Source: Bacteroidales bacterium (GTDB taxonomy: Bacteria; Bacteroidota; Bacteroidia; Bacteroidales; JAFGXI01). Taken from it: DNA of 32,207 nt. The DNA lies in NCBI GenBank assembly GCA_026985625.1, contig JALSQC010000278.1:1-32207 (forward strand), written 5' to 3'. The position numbers and the translations under genes were made by a program. Numbering within the stretch: the stretch's first letter is position 1; every line of letters begins with the position of its first letter. Under the pieces are notes generated by a model that made no database searches, was not told the DNA's origin, and saw only the letters and a list, made by a program, of their open reading frames with translations. Shown piece after piece: positions 20,989 to 29,584 of the stretch.

Positions 20989-21813
20989 TTATTTTTTACG
21001 TTTTTCAACAATAAATTTATTAGAGAATTTCTTTTTATCTCTAGTTTTATATCCTTTTGCAGGTAATCCTTTACGAGATCGAGGGTGTCCTCCAGATGCT
21101 CTTCCTTCGCCACCTCCCATTGGGTGATCTACAGGATTCATTACAACTCCTCTAACTCTTGGTCTTCTGCCTTGCCATCTTGTTCGTCCTGCTTTTCCTG
21201 ATTTTTCTAATCCATGGTCGGCATTAGAAACCACTCCTACCGTTGCTTTGCAAGTAGTTAATACTTTTCGGCTTTCGCCTGATGGTAATTTTATAATTGC
21301 GTATTTACCTTCGCGAGAGACTATTGTTGCATAGGATCCTGCACTTCGAGCTAACATTCCTCCTTTACCGGGTGTTAATTCTATGTTATGAATTACTGTT
21401 CCTAATGGTATATCAGATAAGTATAAGGTATTTCCTATTTCGGGATGAATTCCTTTTCCTGATATTACTTCTTGTCCAACTTTTAGTCCGTTAGGAGCAA
21501 CTATATATCGTTTTTCTCCGTCTTTATATATTAACAATGCTATTCGTGCTGTTCTATTTGGGTCGTATTCTATAGAACTTACTTTAGCTGTTATTCCTTC
21601 TTTATCTCGTTTAAAATCTATAATACGATAACGTTTTTTGTGACCTCCGCCAATATAACGCATTGTCATTTTTCCGGAGTTGTTTCTACCTCCTGTTTTT
21701 TTAATAGGTGCTAGTAATGATTTTTCGGGTTTTGATTTTGTAATCTCCTCGAAAGTTCCTATTACTTTATGTCTTTGCCCTGGTGTCATGGGCTTTAATT
21801 TTCTTACAGCCAT
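20989..21813 (-). CDS. rplB: 50S ribosomal protein L2
   Basis: 274 aa with [16 protein letters not shown] and [15 protein letters not shown]. Confidence 0.97.
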   Translation of the reverse strand: MAVRKLKPMTPGQRHKVIGTFEEITKSKPEKSLLAPIKKTGGRNNSGKMTMRYIGGGHKKRYRIIDFKRDKEGITAKVSSIEYDPNRTARIALLIYKDGEKRYIVAPNGLKVGQEVISGKGIHPEIGNTLYLSDIPLGTVIHNIELTPGKGGMLARSAGSYATIVSREGKYAIIKLPSGESRKVLTTCKATVGVVSNADHGLEKSGKAGRTRWQGRRPRVRGVVMNPVDHPMGGGEGRASGGHPRSRKGLPAKGYKTRDKKKFSNKFIVEKRKK

Positions 21814-21819
21814 TTTTTG

Positions 21820-22110
21820 TTAAATATTACTATAGAAATCAATTGTATCTCCATCTACTAATGTTACTATTGCTTTTTTATAAGCTTTAGTTTTGCCGGT
21901 AATAAATCCTGTTTTTGTATATCTTGATTTAACTTTACCTGCATATTTCATTGTGTTAATAGAAGAAACATTAACTCCATACATTTTTTCTATTTCTTTT
22001 TTTATTTCGATTTTATTAGCTGATTTTTCAACTATAAATCCGTACTTATTTAATTTCTCGCTTTGAGCATTAAATTTTTCGGTTACTAATGGTTTTAATA
22101 AAATCTTCAT
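21820..22110 (-). CDS. rplW: 50S ribosomal protein L23
   Basis: 96 aa with LLKPLVTEKFN and KKAIVTL. Confidence 0.94.
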   Translation of the reverse strand: MKILLKPLVTEKFNAQSEKLNKYGFIVEKSANKIEIKKEIEKMYGVNVSSINTMKYAGKVKSRYTKTGFITGKTKAYKKAIVTLVDGDTIDFYSNI

Positions 22111-22120
22111 ATCAACTTTT

Positions 22121-22744
22121 TTATAAAATTCTTCTTAAAATATCAATTGAGCTTTCTGTAATTAATAATTTTTCAGCCCACATTATCTCGTAAGTATTTA
22201 ATTCTGAGGCTAATACCGTTTTAACACTCTTTAAATTACGAGAGGACAAATATACACTTTTATTTTGTTCTGGTAAAACAATTGTTAATTTTTTATCAGA
22301 TATTTTAAAATTATTTAAAAGTTCTACTATATTTTTAGTTTTAACTTCTTTAAAATCAATATTTTCTGATATTATAATTCCTTTGTTTTTAACTTTATAA
22401 GAGATTGCAGATTTACGGGCTAATTTTTTTATTTTTTTGTTTAATTTAAAATAATAGTTCCTTGGTTTTGGTCCAAAAACTCTACCTCCACCTCTAAATA
22501 CAGGAGATTTTATGCTTCCTGCTCTGGCTGTACCTGTTCCTTTTTGTCTTTTAATTTTACGTGTACTTCCTGAGATTTCTGATCTTTCTTTTGCTTTGCT
22601 TGTGCCTTGTCTATTGTTTGCCAAATAATGTTTAACATCTAAATAAATGGCATGATCGTTTGGCTCAATTGCGAATACAGAATCTTCTAACTCTATGGTT
22701 TTTCCTGTATCTTTTCCTTTTATATCGTATATATTTGTTTTCAT
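22121..22744 (-). CDS. rplD: 50S ribosomal protein L4
   Basis: 207 aa with KRQKGTGTARAGSIKSPVFRGGGRVFGPKPR. Its start overlaps the rplC stop by 1 nt. Confidence 0.96.
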   Translation of the reverse strand: MKTNIYDIKGKDTGKTIELEDSVFAIEPNDHAIYLDVKHYLANNRQGTSKAKERSEISGSTRKIKRQKGTGTARAGSIKSPVFRGGGRVFGPKPRNYYFKLNKKIKKLARKSAISYKVKNKGIIISENIDFKEVKTKNIVELLNNFKISDKKLTIVLPEQNKSVYLSSRNLKSVKTVLASELNTYEIMWAEKLLITESSIDILRRIL

Positions 22745-23361
22745 TATTTTTCTACTATTAAATATGAACCTTTAGATCCGGGTACAGATCCTTTAACTAT
22801 AATCAAGTTCTTTTCTACATCAATTTTTATAACTTGCAAGTTGGTTACTTTAACTCTTACGTTACCTGTTTGGCCTGCCATTCTCATACCTTTAAATACT
22901 CTTGAAGGATATGATGATGCTCCTAAAGAACCGGGTGCTCTTAGTCTATTGTGTTGTCCATGGGTTGCGTCGTTAACTCCTCTAAAGTTATAACGTTTAA
23001 CAACTCCTTGAAAACCTTTACCTTTTGATATTCCTACAACATCTACATAGACATCGTCTTTAAAAATATCAACTGTTATTGTATCTCCAAGTTTCCAGTC
23101 GTCTTTGTAATCTGAGAATTCAAAGATTCTTTTTTTAGGGCTTGTTTTTGCCTTTTTAAAATGGCCTAACATTGCTTTTGTTGTATTTTTTTCTTTTTTT
23201 TCGTCATACGCTATTTGCAATGCATTATAGCCGTCTTTATCAGCTGTTTTTACTTGTGTAACTACGCAAGGTCCAGCTTCAATAACAGTGCATGGTATAT
23301 TTTTACCATCGGCACTAAATACGGAAGTCATTCCGATTTTTTTTCCTATTAATCCGGGCAT
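22744..23361 (-). CDS. rplC: 50S ribosomal protein L3
   Basis: 205 aa starting [15 protein letters not shown], with [13 protein letters not shown]. Confidence 0.97.
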   Translation of the reverse strand: MPGLIGKKIGMTSVFSADGKNIPCTVIEAGPCVVTQVKTADKDGYNALQIAYDEKKEKNTTKAMLGHFKKAKTSPKKRIFEFSDYKDDWKLGDTITVDIFKDDVYVDVVGISKGKGFQGVVKRYNFRGVNDATHGQHNRLRAPGSLGASSYPSRVFKGMRMAGQTGNVRVKVTNLQVIKIDVEKNLIIVKGSVPGSKGSYLIVEK

Positions 23362-23372
23362 AATTTATATTT

Positions 23373-23681
23373 TTAAACTTTTATTAAAACTTCTACTCCA
23401 CTTGGCAATTCTAATTTCATTAATGCATCAATGGTATTTGAGCTTGTGCTGTAAATATCCATTAATCTTTTATAAGATGATAATTGAAATTGCTCTCTTG
23501 ATTTTTTGTTTACGAATGTTGATCTTAAAACTGTAAAAACACGTTTGTGTGTAGGAAGTGGTATAGGTCCACTTACTATAGCTCCTGTTGTTTTAACAGT
23601 TTTAATAATTTTCTCAGCTGATTTGTCAACTAAGTTGTAGTCGTAAGATTTTAATTTGATTCTAATCTTTTGTTGAGCCAT
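23373..23681 (-). CDS. rpsJ: 30S ribosomal protein S10
   Basis: 102 aa with [20 protein letters not shown] and SGPIPLPT. Confidence 0.97.
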   Translation of the reverse strand: MAQQKIRIKLKSYDYNLVDKSAEKIIKTVKTTGAIVSGPIPLPTHKRVFTVLRSTFVNKKSREQFQLSSYKRLMDIYSTSSNTIDALMKLELPSGVEVLIKV

Positions 23682-23693
23682 TTTTATTTATTA

Positions 23694-25781
23694 TTATATT
23701 TTATTAATTACTTTATTTGCTATTTCGTCGGGAACTTTTTCGTAATGAGAAAATTCCATTGATGATGTAGCTCTACCTGATGTTATTGTTCGTAGAACAG
23801 TAACGTATCCAAATTTTTCTGACAATGGAACTTTTGCTTTTACTACTCTTGCTCCTGCTTTTGTTTCCATTCCTTCGATTTGTCCTCGTCGTTTATTAAA
23901 ATCGCTAATTACATCGCCCATGTATTCTTCAGGAGTAACTACTTCTGCCGACATTATTGGTTCTAATAAAATCGGTTCTGCATTTTTGGTTGCATTTTTA
24001 AATGCTTGTTTTGCACAAATCTCAAATGATAGTTGATCTGAATCTACAGGGTGATACGAGCCGTCTAATAATGTTACTTTTAAGCTGTCTACCGGATAGC
24101 CTGCTAATGGGCCGTTAGCCATTGCTTCGGTAAATCCTTTTTCTATTGATGGAATATATTCTTTAGGAATATTTCCTCCTTTTATTTCGTTAATAAATTG
24201 TAGTCCTGTAACTCCTTCGTCTGCAGGTCCTATTTTTACAATAATGTCTGCAAATTTTCCTCGTCCGCCTGTTTGTTTTTTAAATACTTCGCGGTGTTGA
24301 ACTTCTTTTGTAATAGCTTCTTTGTATGCCACTTGAGGTGCTCCCTGATTACATTCTACTTTAAATTCTCTTTTTAGTCTGTCTATTAGTATTTCCAGAT
24401 GTAGTTCTCCCATACCACTTATAATGGTTTGTCCTGAGTTTTCGTCGGTTTTTACTGTAAATGTAGGGTCTTCTTCGGCTAATTTTGCTAAAGCATTGCC
24501 TAATTTATCTACATCTTTTTGTGTAATAGGTTCGATTGCTACGCCTATTACAGGGTCGGGAAATTCTATTGATTCTAATATTATTGGGTGTTTAGAATCG
24601 TATAATGTGTCTCCTGTTTTTATATTTTTAAATCCAACTGCTGCACAAATGTCTCCTGCTTTAATTTCGTCGCGAGGATTTTGTTTGTTTGCATGCATTT
24701 GGTATAATCTTGATATTCTTTCTTTTTTGCCTGTTCTACTAATTGTAACTGAGTCTCCTGATTTTAAAACTCCTGAGTAAACTCTTATAAAAGCTAATCG
24801 TCCTACAAATGGGTCGGTTGCTATTTTAAATGCTAATGCTGCTAACGGTTCTTGTGAGCTTGGTTTTCTTACTTCTTCTTTATCGGTATATGGGTTTATT
24901 CCTGTTATATCGTCAACGTCTATAGGGCTTGGCATATATTCTACTATTGCATCTAAAAGGCGTTGAACTCCTTTGTTTTTAAATGCCGAACCACACATTA
25001 CAGGAATTATTGTCATATTGAGTACGGCTTTTCGTGTTACTTCTTTAAATTCTTCGACTGTTATTGATTCTCTATCTTCGAAAAATCTTTCTAATAACTT
25101 ATCGTCTGATTCGGCTACTGCTTCTATTAGTTTTTCTCTCCACTCGTAAACTGTTTCTTTTAATTCTTCGGGAACGTCTTTATATACGTATTTTGTTCCT
25201 AACGTTTGGTCGTCTTCCCATACTATTGCTTTGTTTTCTATTAAATCTACAACTCCTTCGAAATTTTCTTCAGATCCTATAGGTATTTGTATTGGAATAG
25301 GGTTTGCTCCTAATTTTTCTTTTATTTCATTAACAACTCCAAAGAAATCAGCTCCTACTCTATCCATTTTATTAACAAAAGCCATTCGTGGGACATTATA
25401 TTTATTTGCTTGTCGCCAAACTGTTTCGGATTGTGGTTCTACTCCTCCAACTGCACAAAATACTGCTATTGCTCCGTCAAGAACTCTTAATGAGCGTTCC
25501 ACTTCGACAGTAAAATCTACGTGTCCCGGAGTGTCTATAATATTTATTTTATAATTTTTGTCGTTATATTTCCAAAATGTAGTGGTAGCAGCTGAGGTTA
25601 TTGTTATTCCTCGTTCTTGTTCTTGAACCATCCAGTCCATTGTTGCTGCTCCATCGTGAACTTCTCCTATTTTGTGTGTTATACCGGTATAAAACAATAT
25701 ACGCTCGGTAACAGTTGTTTTACCGGCGTCGATATGTGCCATTATACCAATATTTCTTGTATTTTTTAAATCTTTACTCAT
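23694..25781 (-). CDS. fusA: Elongation factor G (canonical)
   Basis: 695 aa with intact GTPase motifs [27 protein letters not shown] and SAFKNKG. Domain IV shows [10 protein letters not shown] and YHPVDS. It lies between rpsG and rpsJ. Confidence 0.97.
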   Translation of the reverse strand: MSKDLKNTRNIGIMAHIDAGKTTVTERILFYTGITHKIGEVHDGAATMDWMVQEQERGITITSAATTTFWKYNDKNYKINIIDTPGHVDFTVEVERSLRVLDGAIAVFCAVGGVEPQSETVWRQANKYNVPRMAFVNKMDRVGADFFGVVNEIKEKLGANPIPIQIPIGSEENFEGVVDLIENKAIVWEDDQTLGTKYVYKDVPEELKETVYEWREKLIEAVAESDDKLLERFFEDRESITVEEFKEVTRKAVLNMTIIPVMCGSAFKNKGVQRLLDAIVEYMPSPIDVDDITGINPYTDKEEVRKPSSQEPLAALAFKIATDPFVGRLAFIRVYSGVLKSGDSVTISRTGKKERISRLYQMHANKQNPRDEIKAGDICAAVGFKNIKTGDTLYDSKHPIILESIEFPDPVIGVAIEPITQKDVDKLGNALAKLAEEDPTFTVKTDENSGQTIISGMGELHLEILIDRLKREFKVECNQGAPQVAYKEAITKEVQHREVFKKQTGGRGKFADIIVKIGPADEGVTGLQFINEIKGGNIPKEYIPSIEKGFTEAMANGPLAGYPVDSLKVTLLDGSYHPVDSDQLSFEICAKQAFKNATKNAEPILLEPIMSAEVVTPEEYMGDVISDFNKRRGQIEGMETKAGARVVKAKVPLSEKFGYVTVLRTITSGRATSSMEFSHYEKVPDEIANKVINKI

Positions 25782-25802
25782 TTAATCTATAACAACAAAA
25801 AA

Positions 25803-26279
25803 TTAAAATCTAAAATGAGAGAATGCTTTGTTTGCTTCTGCCATTCTGTGTGTATCTTCTTTTTTCTTAAATGCTCCGCCTTCTTCTTTATAAGCTGCAA
25901 TAATTTCGTTGGCTAGTTTATCTGCCATTGATTTACCTGAACGTTTTCTTGCAAATAATATAATTGCTTTTATTGCTAATGATAATTTGCGTGACGGCCT
26001 TACTTCCATTGGCACTTGAAATGTTGCTCCTCCAATTCTACGACTTTTTACTTCAACTTGCGGGGTTACATTTTCGATTGCTTTTTTCCAAACTTCTAAC
26101 GATGATATTTCTTTTTCTTTAATTCTTTTATCAACAAGATCTAATGCTTCGTAAAAAATATTATATGAAAGATTTTTTTTACCGTCAATCATTAAATCGT
26201 TTACAAAACGAGTAACTAAAGTATCGTTAAATTTTGGATCAGGTAATAATATTCTTTTTTTTGGTTTTGACTTTCTCAT
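25803..26279 (-). CDS. rpsG: 30S ribosomal protein S7
   Basis: 158 aa with [17 protein letters not shown] and AHFRF-like end (FSHFRF). Confidence 0.97.
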   Translation of the reverse strand: MRKSKPKKRILLPDPKFNDTLVTRFVNDLMIDGKKNLSYNIFYEALDLVDKRIKEKEISSLEVWKKAIENVTPQVEVKSRRIGGATFQVPMEVRPSRKLSLAIKAIILFARKRSGKSMADKLANEIIAAYKEEGGAFKKKEDTHRMAEANKAFSHFRF

Positions 26280-26294
26280 GATTTTAAAATATAA

Positions 26295-26672
26295 TTATTT
26301 TTTCTTTGGTCTTTTTGCTCCATATTTAGAACGTCGTTGTGTTCTACCGTCAACACCTGAAGTATCTAATGCTCCACGTATTATATGGTAACGAACACCT
26401 GGTAAATCTTTTACTCTTCCTCCTCTTATAAGAACTATAGAGTGTTCTTGCAGATTGTGACCTTCTCCTGGAATATAAGCATTTACCTCTCTTCCGTTAG
26501 TTAGTCTAACTCTGGCTACTTTACGCATAGCTGAATTTGGTTTTTTTGGTGTAGCAGTATAAACCCTTACACATACTCCTCTTTTTTGAGGACATGATTC
26601 TAAACCGGGGGATTTACTCTTTTCTACTAATCGTTTTCTACCTTTTCTAACTAATTGTTGTATTGTTGGCAT
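26295..26672 (-). CDS. rpsL: 30S ribosomal protein S12
   Basis: 125 aa starting [12 protein letters not shown], with [17 protein letters not shown] and [14 protein letters not shown]. Residues at the classical streptomycin-resistance lysine positions are wild-type. Confidence 0.97.
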   Translation of the reverse strand: MPTIQQLVRKGRKRLVEKSKSPGLESCPQKRGVCVRVYTATPKKPNSAMRKVARVRLTNGREVNAYIPGEGHNLQEHSIVLIRGGRVKDLPGVRYHIIRGALDTSGVDGRTQRRSKYGAKRPKKK

Positions 26673-26710
26673 TATTTTTTATTTTAATTATTAATTTCAA
26701 AAATGGGTTG

Positions 26711-26740
26711 CAAAATTACATTTTTTTTTATTATTTCAAT
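26711..26740 (-). promoter_or_regulatory. Candidate Bacteroidetes-type promoter for the rpsL-led ribosomal supercluster
   Basis: The minus strand reads ATTG-N18-TAATTTTG. The -7 box matches TAnnTTTG exactly, and the -33 box is TTG preceded by A rather than T. The -7 box ends 39 nt upstream of the rpsL ATG (26672). Confidence 0.35.
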
Positions 26741-26882
26741 AATATTAATGATTTTTTTACTAATATTATAAAAATTTATTTGTAACAATTGAGAAATTTT
26801 GATTTTAAACTATTTAAAAATTATTTTTTTTAATAAATTAATGTGTTTTTTACAATAATATTTTTTGTTTTAAAAATTTTAT

Positions 26883-26890
26883 TATTTTTG
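26883..26890 (+). promoter_or_regulatory. Candidate -7 box (TAnnTTTG) upstream of the EF-G paralog
   Basis: TATTTTTG on the plus strand, 92 nt upstream of the ATG at 26982. The nearest upstream TTTG (26864..26867) is only 15 nt away, which is non-canonical spacing. This is weak evidence in a very AT-rich spacer. Confidence 0.2.
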
Positions 26891-26981
26891 AACTCCCAAA
26901 TTTTAAATACTTTTTTGTTATTTTTCAAATATTAAAATTTGTAAATAAAAATTAAAAATAAACATAAAATAATACATAAAA

Positions 26982-29138
26982 ATGAAAATCTACAACACAA
27001 ATCAAATTAAAAACATTGCAATTATCGGAAACTCAGGCTCGGGGAAAACTTCTTTAGCCGAAGCAATACTTTTTAATAGCGGAGTAATTGACAGATTAGG
27101 TGATGTTAACGACAAAAATACCGTATCTGATTACAGGGATATAGAACATGAAAACGGAATATCTGTTACAACAACTGTTTTACATAGTGAATGGAATAAA
27201 AATAAAATAAATATAATTGATGCTCCCGGGGCAGATGATTTTGTTGGTAATATTAATACCGCCATTCAAGTGTCTGATTTATCTTTATTATTAATAAATG
27301 CTCAAAATGGGGTTGAAGTTGGAACCGAGATTCAATTAAGAAATCTCGAAAAATATAATAAACCTTTTATTGTTGTAATTAATCAATTAGATAATGATAA
27401 AGCTAATTTTGCAAGTTCAATAGAAGCTTTAAAAAATAGTGTGGGTGGTAATCTTATACTTGCTCAATATCCTGTTGAAACAGGAGAAAATTTTAATGGT
27501 ATAATTGATATCATTACTATGAAAATGATTAAATTTACCGATAAAGGCGGCAAGCCCGAGATTGTTGATATACCCGATAACGAAAAAGATAGAGCCGAAG
27601 AGTTAAAAAATGAATTAATTGAGAAAGCTGCCGAAGGTGATGACGGGTTAATGGAATTATTTTTTGAGAATGAAACTCTTACCGAAGATGAAATGCGTAA
27701 AGGAATTACCGAAGGATTAATACAAAGAGGTATGTTTCCTGTATTTTGTATTTCGGCTAAAAAGAATTATGGAGTTACCCGATTATTGGATTTTATTTCG
27801 AATGTTGTTCCTACTCCTGACCAAGTTCCTAATTTACCCACAATTGATGGTAGTGATGTAAAAATAGACCCTAATGGTCCTGCATCTATTTTTGTTTTTA
27901 AAACTTCGGTTGAGGAACATGTCGGTGAAATAAATTATTTTAAAGTTATGTCCGGTACAATATCCGAGGGTATGGATCTTATTAATATGAACAAACAAGC
28001 TAAAGAACGTTTGTCGCAATTATTTGTTGTTGCCGGTAAAAACAGAACAAAAGTTGAGAAATTAGTTGCCGGTGATTTTGGAGCAACTGTTAAATTAAAA
28101 TCTACAAAAACTAATCATACGTTAAATGCTTCGGGGACAAACTGGGTTTTTAAAGATATTGAAATTCCCGAACCTAAATATAGAACTGCTATTAAACCTA
28201 TTAACGAAGGTGATGACGAGAAATTAGGCGAAGCATTAGATAGAATACATCAAGAGGATTTAAGTATTACCGTTGAATATTCTAAAGAACTTAAACAAAT
28301 AATTGTTTCGGGACAAGGAGAATATCATTTAAATATTATGAAATGGTATCTTGATAATCTTTTTAAAATTGATACCGAATTTTTACCTCCAAAAATTCCA
28401 TATCGCGAAACTATTACAAAAGTAGCTCAAGCTGATTACCGTCATAAAAAACAATCGGGCGGTGCCGGACAATTTGGCGAGGTTCATATGATTATTGAGC
28501 CTTATGTAGAAGGCAAAGCAGATCCAAGTATGTTTAAAATTGATGGTAAAGAATATAAATTATCTATTAGAGATAAACAAGAATATGATCTTGACTGGGG
28601 TGGAAAATTAATATATTATAATTGTATTGTAGGAGGGTCTATTGATGCTCGATTTTTACCTGCTATTTTAAAAGGTATTATGGAAAAAATGGAAGAGGGT
28701 CCTTTAACTGGTTCTTATGCCAGAGATATTAGAGTATTTATTTATGATGGTAAAATGCACCCTGTTGATTCAAACGAAATATCGTTTAAGTTAGCAGGAA
28801 GAAATGCTTTTAGTATGGCTTTTAAAAATGCAGGTCCTAAAATATTAGAGCCCATTTATGATGTAGAAGTTTTTGTTCCTAGTGACAGAATGGGTGATGT
28901 AATGAGTGATTTGCAAGGAAGAAGGGCTGTTGTTCAAGGTATGAGTAGCGAAAAAGGTTTTGAAAAAATATCGGCAAAAGTTCCTTTGGCAGAATTAGGC
29001 AAATATTCGACTGTTTTAAGTTCGATAACAGGAGGGAAGGCTATGTACTCAATGAAATTTGCAGAATACGGTCAAGTTCCGGGTGATTTACAAGCAGAAT
29101 TACTTAAAGCATACGAAAAAGAACAAGAAGAAAATTAA
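26982..29138 (+). CDS. Elongation factor G paralog (EF-G2-like) with degenerate GTPase motifs
   Basis: 718 aa with ATG start and EF-G five-domain architecture by eye. The G domain shows GNSGSGKTS, DAPGADDF, NQLD and SAKKNYG. Domain IV shows KKQSGGAGQFG and MHPVDSN, and domain V shows MGDVMSDLQGRRA. The sequence clearly differs from fusA at 23694..25781. Confidence 0.85.
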   Translation: MKIYNTNQIKNIAIIGNSGSGKTSLAEAILFNSGVIDRLGDVNDKNTVSDYRDIEHENGISVTTTVLHSEWNKNKINIIDAPGADDFVGNINTAIQVSDLSLLLINAQNGVEVGTEIQLRNLEKYNKPFIVVINQLDNDKANFASSIEALKNSVGGNLILAQYPVETGENFNGIIDIITMKMIKFTDKGGKPEIVDIPDNEKDRAEELKNELIEKAAEGDDGLMELFFENETLTEDEMRKGITEGLIQRGMFPVFCISAKKNYGVTRLLDFISNVVPTPDQVPNLPTIDGSDVKIDPNGPASIFVFKTSVEEHVGEINYFKVMSGTISEGMDLINMNKQAKERLSQLFVVAGKNRTKVEKLVAGDFGATVKLKSTKTNHTLNASGTNWVFKDIEIPEPKYRTAIKPINEGDDEKLGEALDRIHQEDLSITVEYSKELKQIIVSGQGEYHLNIMKWYLDNLFKIDTEFLPPKIPYRETITKVAQADYRHKKQSGGAGQFGEVHMIIEPYVEGKADPSMFKIDGKEYKLSIRDKQEYDLDWGGKLIYYNCIVGGSIDARFLPAILKGIMEKMEEGPLTGSYARDIRVFIYDGKMHPVDSNEISFKLAGRNAFSMAFKNAGPKILEPIYDVEVFVPSDRMGDVMSDLQGRRAVVQGMSSEKGFEKISAKVPLAELGKYSTVLSSITGGKAMYSMKFAEYGQVPGDLQAELLKAYEKEQEEN

Positions 29139-29165
29139 TTATTAATTAATTTATATACTAAAAAT

Positions 29166-29201
29166 AAAAAGGTGGTTCAAAAAAATTTGAACCACCTTTT
29201 T
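29166..29201. terminator. Bidirectional rho-independent terminator between the convergent EF-G paralog and trxA
   Basis: Inverted repeat ggtggttcaaa / tttgaaccacc (29171..29196) around an A-rich loop. It is flanked by an A5 run on the left and T-rich sequence on the right, so both transcripts end in hairpin + U run. Confidence 0.7.
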
Positions 29202-29220
29202 ATTACTTTATATTATGTAA

Positions 29221-29538
29221 CTATAATAAAGCTTCTAATTTTTCGACTAATACTTTTTTTGGAACAGCTCCAACTTGTTTATCGACAACTTCTCCGTTTT
29301 TAAAGAATAATACTGTAGGTATGTTTCTAACCCCATATTTTACTGCTGTCTGTGGATTATTATCAACATCTAATTTTGTCATTTTTGCACGACCTTCGTA
29401 TTCTGTTGCCATTTCTTCGATTAGCGGACCTATTAATCTGCATGGTCCACACCATTCTGCCCATAAATCGACAACTACGGGCACATCTGAGTTTAATACT
29501 ACTTCTTGAAAATCTTTATCGGTAACATGTATTGCCAT
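29221..29538 (-). CDS. trxA: Thioredoxin
   Basis: 105 aa with the active site WAEWCGPC and a thioredoxin fold signature (GVRNIPTVLFFKNGE). Confidence 0.95.
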   Translation of the reverse strand: MAIHVTDKDFQEVVLNSDVPVVVDLWAEWCGPCRLIGPLIEEMATEYEGRAKMTKLDVDNNPQTAVKYGVRNIPTVLFFKNGEVVDKQVGAVPKKVLVEKLEALL

Positions 29539-29584
29539 AATTTTTTTATTTTTTATTGTTTTTAAATTATTGTTTGCAAATGTA

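Noticed and set aside
26703-26771. A 22-codon plus-strand ORF encoding a hydrophobic peptide (MGCKITFFFIISIILMIFLLIL) in the rpsL/EF-G-paralog spacer. Considered a small membrane peptide or leader peptide.
   Set aside because: T-rich DNA automatically encodes Phe/Ile/Leu. The ORF overlaps the best rpsL promoter candidate on the opposite strand, lies upstream of the candidate promoter for the paralog, and has no conservation evidence available.
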